In this document: piece by piece, positions 8,336 to 17,105 of the stretch
Numbering within the stretch: position 1 is the first letter of the stretch
Layout of the letters: the number at the start of each line of letters is the position of its first letter
Virus record (IMG/VR): IMGVR_UViG_3300036816_000028
Coordinates: 1-53,375 of that record
Source of the DNA: a virus
Lineage: Duplodnaviria > Caudoviricetes
Length of the DNA: 53,375 nt
Direction: 5' to 3' (one strand)
Notes under the pieces: model-generated
Databases searched by the model: none
What the model saw: only the letters and a program-made list of their open reading frames with translations
What the model was told of the DNA's origin: nothing
Program-made: the position numbers and the translations under genes

Positions 8336-8787
8336 CGGTCCCACTCCCGCAGTGCTTCGGCCGTCGGCGCGTCGGTCAGGGCCGCCTGTTCCAGTGCATC
8401 CCGGACCGGAGCCGACAGGAACCGGCGCCCTCCGCTGCCCGGGGAAGAGAGCAGGTGGACCGCTTCGAAGGCGTCCCTGGCACGCTGGACGCGTCCGCGG
8501 TCGTCCTCCCCGGGGACGTTCGACACGCCGGACGTGTGGACGCTGTAGCCCGTCTCTCCGAAGCCGTGGAGGAAGATCAGTACTTCGAACCACCGGCACG
8601 CCGGGCACGGCCTGGAGTCGGTGACGAAGTCCCCACCGTGGGTGTGCCGGTCCTGCTTCGTGCGCGCGGACCCTATGAGCTGGGCCCGGTGGACGTCCTC
8701 CGTACCGCCGTCCACCGGGACGGTCCAGTTCGTGGCGTACTGGCCGACGTCCTCCGGCCCGGGGAAGTGGTGCTCTGTCCTGGGCAT
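8332..8787 (-). CDS. Hypothetical protein (151 aa) with HTH...CPACRW metal-binding motif
   Basis: AAGGAG RBS; clean ORF. Confidence 0.7.
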   Translation of the reverse strand: MPRTEHHFPGPEDVGQYATNWTVPVDGGTEDVHRAQLIGSARTKQDRHTHGGDFVTDSRPCPACRWFEVLIFLHGFGETGYSVHTSGVSNVPGEDDRGRVQRARDAFEAVHLLSSPGSGGRRFLSAPVRDALEQAALTDAPTAEALREWDR

Positions 8788-8825
8788 GGCTGTTCTCCTT
8801 CCTGGGTTCCTGTTGCTTCAGTGAA

Positions 8826-9020
8826 TCACGTGACCTGGCCGACGGCCTGGTCAGTGCGTCCGGACGTGATCTTCTGCGCGTACTCCCGCAGCGCCCAGCG
8901 GTAGACCACCGAGACGTCCACGCCCAGGCGTTCGGCTTCTTCCCGGAACACCTGGACGATCTCCGGCCGCTCCACCATGTGCACGTGTGCGGTGAGCTTC
9001 GCATTCCCTTTCGCTGCCAT
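8826..9020 (-). CDS. Ribbon-helix-helix (CopG/Arc-like) DNA-binding protein
   Basis: HVHMV strand then EEAERLGVDVSVVYRWALREY helices; leaderless start. Confidence 0.7.
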   Translation of the reverse strand: MAAKGNAKLTAHVHMVERPEIVQVFREEAERLGVDVSVVYRWALREYAQKITSGRTDQAVGQVT

Positions 9021-9027
9021 ACCGGTC

Positions 9028-9057
9028 AGCGTACGCTTGACATGTCATAACGTGCAA
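9028..9057 (-). promoter_or_regulatory. Leaderless promoter with TGACATGTCA palindrome in spacer
   Basis: TTGCAC-N18-TACGCT-N7-ATG on minus strand; palindrome 9038-9047. Confidence 0.6.
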
Positions 9058-9071
9058 CGGAAGGGCAAGTC

Positions 9072-9671
9072 ATGGCAGAGATCAGAATCGGAGGGCTCGA
9101 CCTCTCGATCACGTCCACCGGCTTCGCCCGGACCGACGGGACCACCGGCCTGGTGGTCACGAAGCAGACCGACGGGGACCGCCGGATCACCATCATCCGG
9201 GACGCGCTGATGGAGGCCGTCGGAGACGCCCAGGCGGTCGTCCTGGAGCGCGCACCGGCCACGCTGAAGGGGTACGCCGGAGAGCCGCTGCAACAGCTCC
9301 AGGGAGCCGTACGGGCGGCCCTGATGGACCGCGGAATCCCGTACGCCGTCGTCCCGCCGTCCACGCTGAAGCTTTTCGCGACCGGGCACGGCAATTCCCC
9401 GAAGTCGGAGCTGGCGGTGGCCGCGTACAAGCGAGCCGGTGTCGAGTTCGAGCGGGACAAGGGCGGGGACCAGTGCGACGCCTGGTGGCTCCGGATGGCC
9501 GGTCTGTCGAAGTGGGCCATGATCCCCTTCGTCCTGCCGAAGACCCAGACGGACGCACTGGACAAGGTGGTGTGGCCGGAGCCGAAGGCGGAAACGTTGG
9601 AGGACGCGTTCTCCGCGGTGTACCGCCGTGGATCGGAAGTCCCGGCCGCGGGCTTCGACCCCTGGGCCTGA
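9072..9671 (+). CDS. ruvC: RuvC-like Holliday junction resolvase
   Basis: GLDLSITSTG, VVLE, PPSTLKLFATGHGNSPK, DQCDA. Confidence 0.85.
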   Translation: MAEIRIGGLDLSITSTGFARTDGTTGLVVTKQTDGDRRITIIRDALMEAVGDAQAVVLERAPATLKGYAGEPLQQLQGAVRAALMDRGIPYAVVPPSTLKLFATGHGNSPKSELAVAAYKRAGVEFERDKGGDQCDAWWLRMAGLSKWAMIPFVLPKTQTDALDKVVWPEPKAETLEDAFSAVYRRGSEVPAAGFDPWA

Positions 9672-9677
9672 GCACGA

Positions 9678-9720
9678 CGAAGCCCCCACCCGGTCCCGGA
9701 AGGGATGGATGGGGGCTTCG
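9678..9720. terminator. Stem-loop terminator between convergent ruvC and ssb
   Basis: CGAAGCCCCCA...TGGGGGCTTCG arms. Confidence 0.7.
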
Positions 9721-9852
9721 CTCTGCCCGTGGTTGGCTGCGCTTCCTTCAGCCGCAACGCCCGGCAGATCTGCGGACGGTGGACCGCAGGTTGTTCCAGC
9801 GGCCGGTGGTCAGAGCCTAGGTGAGTCACCGGCGGCCGGAACGGTCAGGGGC

Positions 9853-10521
9853 TTACGCCCAGGGGTCGGACGCCGGAGCGGCGGTCGGAGCCTGGCTGGG
9901 CGCGGACGGGGCGTCGGACCAGGCGTCGGCAGCGGCGCCGGTGGCGTCCTCCGCCTCCTTGGTCAGGAACTCGCTGGCGGCCTTCGCGTTGGCCGCCGCG
10001 GGGGTCCACTTCGCCGCGTAGTTGTAGCGGTAGAAGTCGGAGTTCCGGGCCTTCGTGCTCTCCAGGCGCTTGACCTGGATGTACGCCCCGCGCTCCAGCG
10101 TGGCGTTCCCGGCCTCCCGCATGGCCTTCACGATGGCCTTCTGCATGGAGCCCTTGACGTACAGGGTGCGCATGCCGTCGTCGTCCGGGACCGGCTTCTG
10201 GATGTACTGGTTGGTCTCCCAGGTGACGCCGGTGGCCTCACCCTGGATGTGGAGCAGGAGCTGGTTCGCGGGCTTCGCCGCGCGCCGCTGGTTCTCCCGG
10301 AGGTCGGAGTCCTTGACCTGCTTGTTCCCGACGAACCACAGGAGGTCTCCCGTGTTCATGTCGGTCTGCTGTCGCATCTCCCAGTCCACGATGGTGCCTT
10401 CGAAGACGAAGCCCACCTTCGGGAACTTCGCGGCGATGGAGCCGCCTCCGGACAGGAAGCTGGCCGCTTCCCTGTCCTCCGTGCCGCTGCCGTCGGAGCC
10501 GAACGGGTCGTCAGTGCTCAT
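9853..10521 (-). CDS. ssb: Phage single-stranded DNA-binding protein
   Basis: GAAGGA RBS; AKFPKVG...GTIV...QQTD...DDG.RTLYVKG actinophage SSB pattern; acidic tail; next to exonuclease. Confidence 0.7.
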   Translation of the reverse strand: MSTDDPFGSDGSGTEDREAASFLSGGGSIAAKFPKVGFVFEGTIVDWEMRQQTDMNTGDLLWFVGNKQVKDSDLRENQRRAAKPANQLLLHIQGEATGVTWETNQYIQKPVPDDDGMRTLYVKGSMQKAIVKAMREAGNATLERGAYIQVKRLESTKARNSDFYRYNYAAKWTPAAANAKAASEFLTKEAEDATGAAADAWSDAPSAPSQAPTAAPASDPWA

Positions 10522-10529
10522 GTCGCGTG

Positions 10530-10804
10530 TCCTTCGTTCGCGTGTGGTGTTCACCTGTGTGAAGCGGGTCCGGCGCCCGGTACAGCCGTCCGTCTCCGGG
10601 TGTGTCCTGGCGAGGATACCCGCCGGGCCCGCGTTGTTCTCCCCCGCTTCCCGGGCGGTGGCCCGGCGCCGAAAGGCTCCGGGCGTTCCCGCTGGCCGGG
10701 GGAAGTTGGACGGTGCCGCCGGATACTGCTGATCCGTTGGATACTGCTGATCCGGCGGCACCGCTGGCCTTCTGGTTCCGTGGACCGGTCGGCCGAAGGC
10801 CAGC
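10530..10804 (-). ncRNA. Candidate structured leader (~270 nt) upstream of ssb
   Basis: Several nested inverted repeats incl. 14-bp arms 10711-10724/10750-10763 enclosing a tandem GGATACTGCTGATCC repeat. Confidence 0.45.
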
Positions 10805-10830
10805 CTACGGGATTAGTTCGACCGGCACAA
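10802..10830 (-). promoter_or_regulatory. Sigma70/HrdB-like promoter for ssb leader
   Basis: TTGTGC-N17-TAGGCT. Confidence 0.55.
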
Positions 10831-10835
10831 GTATG

Positions 10836-13595
10836 TCAGAACGGCGGCTCCAGGCGGGCTTCCACCTGGTTCCAGTACGCCTTGACCCGGTCCCGCGGCA
10901 TGCCCGCCTTCACGGCTGCCTGGCACAGCGCGGCCAGCTCCTGCATACTCTCCACGGCCGCGAACCGATCGGCCCAGGGAAGCGGCGCCGGGCGCACCGG
11001 GGCGCGTTGGCTGTCCTCTTCGTCCAGTTCGTTCTGACGGTCGGAGAAGAGGACCAGAAGTCGGCCCTTCGGCATGCCCGCGGCCTGGGCCTGCCTCGCC
11101 AGATCCTTCAGCGCGTCCAGGTTCGTCACGGCCGCGAACCGGTCGGCCCAGGAGACGACCGTGGTAGGCGGAGCCGCCGGGGTCTTGGCCAGTTCGGCGG
11201 GCGGTGCGTCGTCGGGGATGCGGTCCATGGCGTGCCACATGAACGCCTCCAGGACGTCGATCGGCATGCCCGCCTCCGCGGCCTGGACGGACAGGGCCTT
11301 CAGCTCTGCCCGGGTCTCCACTGCGGCGAAGCGCTCCCGCCAGGTGGTGACCACAGCGCCCGGCGTCATGGGCTGCGCCGGGGCGGCCGACGCCTTCGCG
11401 GTGGCAGCCAGGTTCTCCGCGCCCTTCGCCGCGTCGGCGGAGGACACACCGTTCACCGTGCCGGTGATCGATTTGTGACCGGCCAGGTTGGCAGCCGTCG
11501 GCATGGACGTGTCCCGCGCCGGAGCGCCCTCCACGGCGGCCAGGGGGAGCGCGGTGAAGACCTTCTTCACCCGCTGCCGGGTCTGGACCTCCAGGCACGC
11601 CTGGGCGTTCCTCCAGCCTTCCTCCAGGTCCACCAGGTAGACCGTCGGCGTGCCCTCCCCGTAAGGGATGTGGACGACGATCCCGACGTCCTCCCGGACC
11701 TTCGGGACGACCCAGTCCGTGCCGTCCATGGCCGACTCCCCGGGCTTGCGCCACGTCCAGTCGTAGCCCTTGCCGTCTTCTCGGACCACCGGCGTGGCGA
11801 TGCCGTGCCGGTTCTGGCCCTTCGCGTACAGGGAGATCTGGGTGGCAATCTCCTCCTGGCCGTACTGGAGATCGGCGCCGGTCTTGACGTCGCCCACCAC
11901 GAACTCCCCGGGCTCCAGGGTCACCAGGCGGCCGGGGGTCTTGCCCTTGCCGGGAAGGGTCGCGGTGATGCGCCGGGTGATCTCATAGTCCCGGTCGAAG
12001 GTGCCGATCACACCCATCTCCACGACGACCGTGGAGCGCTCCACCAGGTGGACATGAGTCTTCAGGCCGAAGCGTTCCACAGCGGACAGGTAGGCCACCG
12101 CGTCCTTTCGGAACTCCTCCACGATCTCCCCGGGCTGTTGCTCCCCGCGGTCCAGCTTCTCCGTGTGAGTGTGGAGGATCGTCCCCTTCGCGGCGCGAAT
12201 CTTGTGACCAGCCGCGTCCTTCGCCTGGTCCACCAGGTCGTTCAGCCGGTCGCGCTCCAGCTTGGCCAGTTCATGCGGCGGAACGGTCGCGTTCTCCAGA
12301 AGGGTCCGGACCTTGCGGCCCAGCTCCGGCCGGTGGACCAGGCCCAGGATGGCCATGCGCTGGGACCACTGGGACAGCGCGAAGGAGTCGGACGCCAGCT
12401 TGACGAAGGTCGTCACGCGGGTGAATTTCTGCTTCTTCGGCACGGTGCCGGGTTTCGCTTCCGGGTCGGGCGCTTCGTAGCGTCCGTTCCGGATCACCAG
12501 CTTCGCCTTCAGCCGGACCATGGGGTCGGTGCGGTCCACCCGGGGGACGTCCTCCGCGGAGTCCTCCTCCAGGGTGTGCCCGCAGCACTCCTGCCCGATC
12601 CAGTCGCCGGAGCCGTCGGGGTCCCGCGCGATCAGGTCGCCCTCCAGGAAGCGCTCCCCGCAGGAGCCGCACGCACCGTCGTAGCGGGCTTCGAACCAGT
12701 GCGGTCCGTCGTCCTCCGACTCTTCCTGCTCCGTGGCCAGGAAGTCGTTCGCGTCCTGCGCCGGGCCCGCGGGACCGGCTCCCAGGAAGGCGTTCGCCGC
12801 GTCGTCGGCCGACGGCGCCGGAGCGGCGGACGCGGGCGGCTGCGGAACGGGTGTACCGCCCAGGAACTCCTCCGCGCTCTGCTTCGGCGCCGGGCGGGCG
12901 GTCTTCGGAACGGGCGCGCTGCCGGTCGACAGCGGAGCGCGGTGCGGATTCGGGCCGCCGGTGCGCGTCACCGTCCGCGGGACGTACCGCGGGCACGCCG
13001 CGTTGTGGGCCATGTCCGGGCTCTTCTTCCCGGGGCACGTGCAGTCGCCTTCGGGGTCGTCGGCGCGTACACCCGCGGACGTCGCCTGGTCCAGGACGTC
13101 CTGGGCCCAGTGGATGTCCGCTTCGGAGGCACCGTCCGGGGAGCGCACGATGGCGGACGCCTCCCGGTACTCACTGGCGGTCGGCTTGTACTCCGTCGGC
13201 TGCGCCTCCGGAGGGATCGGAGCGTCCATCGTCGGGGCGTCGGCCATGGCCGCCTGGGGGTCGCTGTCGTCCGTCCAGGAGCCGTCCCCGGCGGTCGCCA
13301 CGTCGGAGCGCTCCGGCGCCTGGCGCTGGTCGCCCAGGTTGTCGGGCTCCGCCATCCCGCAGCCGTCCACGGTGCAGAACGACCCGGAGTGGCCGTTGTC
13401 GTCGTCGGCGTACTCGAAGCTGTGCGTGTGGTGCTCGGTGTCCTGGATGGGGAAGTTCGAGCCCCCGCCGCACGCCGGGTTGTCGGCCGTGGCCCTCTTC
13501 CCGTTCTCTGCGTGGCTGCGCACCCGGCCGTTCTTCGTCAGGGACAGGTCGTCCCTGGAGCACTCCTGGCAGGAGTACCGCTGGTCGTCGGCCAT
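10836..13595 (-). CDS. Multidomain Cas4-like/PD-(D/E)XK exonuclease (919 aa) with N-terminal Cys/His modules and three C-terminal helical repeats
   Basis: GTILH, VERSTV, GTFDR, GDVKTG, QISLYA nuclease motifs; start after AGGAAGAAGGAAG. Confidence 0.8.
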   Translation of the reverse strand: MADDQRYSCQECSRDDLSLTKNGRVRSHAENGKRATADNPACGGGSNFPIQDTEHHTHSFEYADDDNGHSGSFCTVDGCGMAEPDNLGDQRQAPERSDVATAGDGSWTDDSDPQAAMADAPTMDAPIPPEAQPTEYKPTASEYREASAIVRSPDGASEADIHWAQDVLDQATSAGVRADDPEGDCTCPGKKSPDMAHNAACPRYVPRTVTRTGGPNPHRAPLSTGSAPVPKTARPAPKQSAEEFLGGTPVPQPPASAAPAPSADDAANAFLGAGPAGPAQDANDFLATEQEESEDDGPHWFEARYDGACGSCGERFLEGDLIARDPDGSGDWIGQECCGHTLEEDSAEDVPRVDRTDPMVRLKAKLVIRNGRYEAPDPEAKPGTVPKKQKFTRVTTFVKLASDSFALSQWSQRMAILGLVHRPELGRKVRTLLENATVPPHELAKLERDRLNDLVDQAKDAAGHKIRAAKGTILHTHTEKLDRGEQQPGEIVEEFRKDAVAYLSAVERFGLKTHVHLVERSTVVVEMGVIGTFDRDYEITRRITATLPGKGKTPGRLVTLEPGEFVVGDVKTGADLQYGQEEIATQISLYAKGQNRHGIATPVVREDGKGYDWTWRKPGESAMDGTDWVVPKVREDVGIVVHIPYGEGTPTVYLVDLEEGWRNAQACLEVQTRQRVKKVFTALPLAAVEGAPARDTSMPTAANLAGHKSITGTVNGVSSADAAKGAENLAATAKASAAPAQPMTPGAVVTTWRERFAAVETRAELKALSVQAAEAGMPIDVLEAFMWHAMDRIPDDAPPAELAKTPAAPPTTVVSWADRFAAVTNLDALKDLARQAQAAGMPKGRLLVLFSDRQNELDEEDSQRAPVRPAPLPWADRFAAVESMQELAALCQAAVKAGMPRDRVKAYWNQVEARLEPPF

Positions 13596-13686
13596 CACTT
13601 CCTTCTTCCTATTTAGTCGTGTCGATGGAACTAAACTACAGGTACCGGACCACGGTGGCCACTCTGCCACCGCGGTCCGACAGTGC

Positions 13687-14109
13687 TCAGTCGGGGACGC
13701 GGTCGAAGGACAGGCGCCCGTACGACTCCGACAGGTGCACACGGTAGCTCCCGGGTTCCGGCAGCCGGGTGGAGCGGTGGAGGGCCAGGTTGTGGACCGC
13801 ACAGTCCTCCAGCGCTCCGTCCAGGCGCTCCTTCAGCGGGTGCCGGATCGTGAAGGAGTAGTCCCGGTGCACGGTCATCACGTGCTCCGTCTCCCCGTCG
13901 TCCAGAAGACGGTCAACGGCCGTCGGGTCCGGACACTCCAGGTGCCCGCAGGTGATGTGTCCGCCCGCACCGGTCATCAGCGACGTCCGGCCGCACGCCG
14001 GGCAGTGCCCCTGAAGGTGGTTCGTCTCCGGGCTCACCAGCCGGACCAGCTCCTCCCGGACGACGGCACGGACCCGGGCTTCCTGCGTCCCGTTCCAGTC
14101 CACGTTCAT
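13687..14109 (-). CDS. Conserved actinophage zinc-binding hypothetical protein
   Basis: CPACG...ITCGHLECPDP...ETEH...FTIRHPLKERLD. Confidence 0.7.
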   Translation of the reverse strand: MNVDWNGTQEARVRAVVREELVRLVSPETNHLQGHCPACGRTSLMTGAGGHITCGHLECPDPTAVDRLLDDGETEHVMTVHRDYSFTIRHPLKERLDGALEDCAVHNLALHRSTRLPEPGSYRVHLSESYGRLSFDRVPD

Positions 14110-14411
14110 GATTCCTCTTTCCTGATCATCGCTCCGTGACCGTTCTTCTCGTACACGCGGCCCACGTTCTTGGCCAGCTTCTTCAGGACTTCGTCCTCCA
14201 GGTCGATCCCGTTCATCTGGGCCACGGAGACCAGGTACAGGAGAACGTCGGCCAGCTCCTCCCCGAAGTCCGGCAGACCCTTCCGCCAGGCGGTGAACGC
14301 CTCTCCGACCTCAGCGGTCAGGAGACCGAACTCCAGAGCGGTGTCCGTGGTGTTGAATCCCTTGGCCCGTTTGTTGATCCAGGCCATCCGCTGAGCATCA
14401 CTGATCTTCAC
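14106..14411 (-). CDS. mazG: MazG-like NTP pyrophosphohydrolase
   Basis: AEVGEA...EELADVLLYL...GIDLE; GTGA-coupled to helicase. Confidence 0.85.
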   Translation of the reverse strand: MKISDAQRMAWINKRAKGFNTTDTALEFGLLTAEVGEAFTAWRKGLPDFGEELADVLLYLVSVAQMNGIDLEDEVLKKLAKNVGRVYEKNGHGAMIRKEES

Positions 14412-16138
14412 CGCTTGCGCTCCTTGACCACGTGGTCGAAGACGCGCGTGGCGGCCTTGACCGCCATGGCGTCGGACAGGTCCCCCTGGCGCAGGTCGTG
14501 GATGTCGGTCGGAACCCCCATCGACTTCGCCCGGGAGATCATCCGCGGCTCCGCGCGCTTGCGGCGCCACGACGCCTGGCGCTCGATCCCGAAGGAGCTG
14601 TAGTTGTCGGCTTCCGTCTCCGCCCAGGCTTGCGCCAGGCCCAGGGTCAGTCCTTCGTGGAGCACGACCCAGCGGGCGGTCCCGTGGGACCTCTCCGGCG
14701 CTCCGCCGACGTTCCACAGACCGTCGGCACGCGGCCACAGAAAGACGAAGCCTCCGCTGACGGAGAGGAACTGGACCCCGCCGGGTGTACGGAGCCACAC
14801 GTGGCTGGACGCGGTGAACAGGTCCAGTTCCTTGTGTTTCAGGAGGAAGGCCGTGTTCCCGGAGTGGGACTCCACCCGGTTGGCGGTCTCCTCCTGCCGG
14901 ATGTACGCCTCCGCCAGGGACTCCCCGTCCCGGACCGCGGTCGTGACCGAGTCGTCCAGGTCCACCAGAGTGGAGATCTTCCCGCCGGTGCCCGCGATGT
15001 CCAGGACCAGGGCGTCCGTCTTGCCCGACCACGGGCGCAGCACGCGGCCCACCATCTGGATGAACAGCGGCGCGGACTGGGTCGGCCGTGCGATGACCGC
15101 GCAGTCGGCCATGGGGAAGTCCGCGCCTTCGGTGAGGACCATGCAGTTTACCAGGACGGAGATGCGTCCGGTCCGGAAGTCGTCGTAGACCGACAGGCGG
15201 CCGGGGATCGTGCGGCCCAGGGAGTCGGTGGTGTCCTCCCGCTTCACGCCCGCGGAGACCGCAGCGGCGGTGTAGCCGCGCTGTTCCAGTTCCTTGACCG
15301 TCTCCTCCGCGACAGCCACCGTCGGCGTGAAAACGATGGTCCGGCGCCCCGGCGCGTAGCGGTGGACCACCTCCGCGATCTGAGCGGGGCCGCCCGCCTG
15401 AAGCAGGGCCTCTCCAAGGGCGCCCGCCTGGTAGTCCCCGGCGGTGCGCTTGACCCCGCCCAGATCCAGGCCGTCCAGCTTGACCTCCTGGCCCTTCGGG
15501 TCCACCAGGTAGCCGCGGGAGATCATCCACAGAACCGACCGGTTGTACACCATGTCATCCCAGACACCGCCCAGGCCGACCCCGTCCCCGCGGGCCAGGG
15601 TCGCGGTGAAGCCGACGGCTTTCGTCCCGGTCCAGACGTCCTCCTTGTTGACCAGGCCGGAGTAGCACCCCAGCGCGGCCATGACGTTCCGGTAGCTCAC
15701 GGCTGCCGCGTGGTGGCATTCGTCCACGATCACCAGGCCGACCGGTCCGGCCACCTCCTGGGCATCCAGGAGGCGCTGAGTCCGGTTGGCGCGGGCCAGG
15801 GTCTGCACGGAGCAGACCATGACGTCGGCGTACACCTGGTCGTCGGCCGCCTTCACCTTGCCGATGTCCAGGTCCGGAGCGGTCGCGCGGAGCTTGGCAA
15901 TCGCCTGGTCGGCCAGTTCGTCCCGGTGGACCAGGACGACGACCCGGCGCGGCTGGCCGGTGTAGCCGTGCACGTCGTGGAACTGCCGGGCCATGGCCGC
16001 GAAGATCACGGTCTTCCCGGCGCCGGTGGGCAGAACGACCGCCGGACGCTGCATGCCGGTGTTCCAGGCGTTCCAGACCGCATCCACGGTCTCCGTCTGG
16101 TAGTCCCGGAGCGTCAGCTCCGTTGCCGCGGCCCTCAT
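14408..16138 (-). CDS. Superfamily 2 DEAD/DEAH-box helicase
   Basis: LRDYQ, LPTGAGKT, DECHH, GFTAT, LTEGAD, QMVGRVLR. Confidence 0.93.
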   Translation of the reverse strand: MRAAATELTLRDYQTETVDAVWNAWNTGMQRPAVVLPTGAGKTVIFAAMARQFHDVHGYTGQPRRVVVLVHRDELADQAIAKLRATAPDLDIGKVKAADDQVYADVMVCSVQTLARANRTQRLLDAQEVAGPVGLVIVDECHHAAAVSYRNVMAALGCYSGLVNKEDVWTGTKAVGFTATLARGDGVGLGGVWDDMVYNRSVLWMISRGYLVDPKGQEVKLDGLDLGGVKRTAGDYQAGALGEALLQAGGPAQIAEVVHRYAPGRRTIVFTPTVAVAEETVKELEQRGYTAAAVSAGVKREDTTDSLGRTIPGRLSVYDDFRTGRISVLVNCMVLTEGADFPMADCAVIARPTQSAPLFIQMVGRVLRPWSGKTDALVLDIAGTGGKISTLVDLDDSVTTAVRDGESLAEAYIRQEETANRVESHSGNTAFLLKHKELDLFTASSHVWLRTPGGVQFLSVSGGFVFLWPRADGLWNVGGAPERSHGTARWVVLHEGLTLGLAQAWAETEADNYSSFGIERQASWRRKRAEPRMISRAKSMGVPTDIHDLRQGDLSDAMAVKAATRVFDHVVKERKR

Positions 16139-16335
16139 CGTGTCCCCTCCAGATACTCCGTCAGCGCGTCGCACTGGGCGGGAGTCATGTTCTCCTGACC
16201 GAAGATCGAGATGGCCGTGATGATGACGTCGTCATCGTCCACCCCGTCGAAGACTCCCGTCAGGTGGTGGTCCATCCCCTCTTCGAAGATGAGGGCCGCC
16301 ACCCGGACGACGAAGGCGGCCTCCGCGCGGTTCAC
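16135..16335 (-). CDS. Hypothetical protein (66 aa)
   Basis: Overlaps neighbours at both ends (GTGA/ATGA). Confidence 0.6.
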   Translation of the reverse strand: MNRAEAAFVVRVAALIFEEGMDHHLTGVFDGVDDDDVIITAISIFGQENMTPAQCDALTEYLEGTR

Positions 16336-16541
16336 CGGTCCCATCCCTTCTCCTTGCGCAGTGCACGACAGTGGGCAAGACCCTTGGCCGACAGGCATCC
16401 GGACGGCCCGGTCCATCCGCGACCGCGGGCGTAGGCCAGACCGACGGGGGTCCCGACACCCAGCGCACCGCCGATGCGGTGTTCGGCGTTCAGGACCATA
16501 TCGTCCGCGTCTTCCCGGGCCATCAGTTCGTCGTCGTCCAT
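16332..16541 (-). CDS. Hypothetical protein (69 aa)
   Basis: ATG after AGGAAGAAGGAAG; MDDDELMARE... Confidence 0.65.
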   Translation of the reverse strand: MDDDELMAREDADDMVLNAEHRIGGALGVGTPVGLAYARGRGWTGPSGCLSAKGLAHCRALRKEKGWDR

Positions 16542-16617
16542 CTCTTCCTTCTTCCTTGATCGGTAACCCGACGGCAGCGGACGGGGGTTTCCCGTCCGCC
16601 ACCGGACCGGCGGCCGG

Positions 16618-17103
16618 TCAGTTGTCCGTGGCGGCCCCGCGGTTGCCCTGTTCCCGCGCGTTGAGGCCGGGTTCCAGGATGCCCTCACCGTGATTGACCC
16701 GGTCCGCCAGCAAGTCCGCCCCGCGGTTCCCCAGAGCGCCGCGCAGGAGGTTCCCCGGAGCGAACGGGCGGGGAGGCAGTGCTTCGGGGTGGCGCCGGAT
16801 CTCCATCTCCGCCAGGAGCAGGGCGACAGCGGCCACCTGGACCAGTTCGGTGACAGCCTCCAGCGGGCCGTCCGCCGACAGTGCCTCGAAGACCTCCTCC
16901 AGGAGGACGTGGTCCCCGGTGCGCGTCCCGTCCTGGATCGCACGGTCGTTGATCCGCTTCTGGGCGTCGGCGCTGCCGTGGTACAGCTCCCGGGAGCTGT
17001 TGCCGGGGACCAGCGGGTAGTCCTGCGGGCCGAACTTGGCGTCCTGGCGCGACCGCTCCCGGCCGACCTCCGCCAGGAGCTTCATCAGGATGTGCTCTGC
17101 CAT
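16618..17103 (-). CDS. MazG-like nucleotide pyrophosphohydrolase-family protein
   Basis: GGAGG RBS; ERSRQDAKFG, LLEEVFEA, ELVQVAAVA. Confidence 0.65.
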   Translation of the reverse strand: MAEHILMKLLAEVGRERSRQDAKFGPQDYPLVPGNSSRELYHGSADAQKRINDRAIQDGTRTGDHVLLEEVFEALSADGPLEAVTELVQVAAVALLLAEMEIRRHPEALPPRPFAPGNLLRGALGNRGADLLADRVNHGEGILEPGLNAREQGNRGAATDN

Positions 17104-17105
17104 GG

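Noticed and set aside
10530-10800. tRNA or tmRNA
   Set aside because: No cloverleaf with TTCGA T-loop and acceptor stem recognised
10836-13595. cas4 as part of a CRISPR-Cas system
   Set aside because: No array or other cas genes; context (ssb, ruvC, helicase) indicates a phage recombination exonuclease
10602-16198. Long plus-strand ORFs (1004 aa, 588 aa)
   Set aside because: Antisense shadows of the exonuclease and helicase genes
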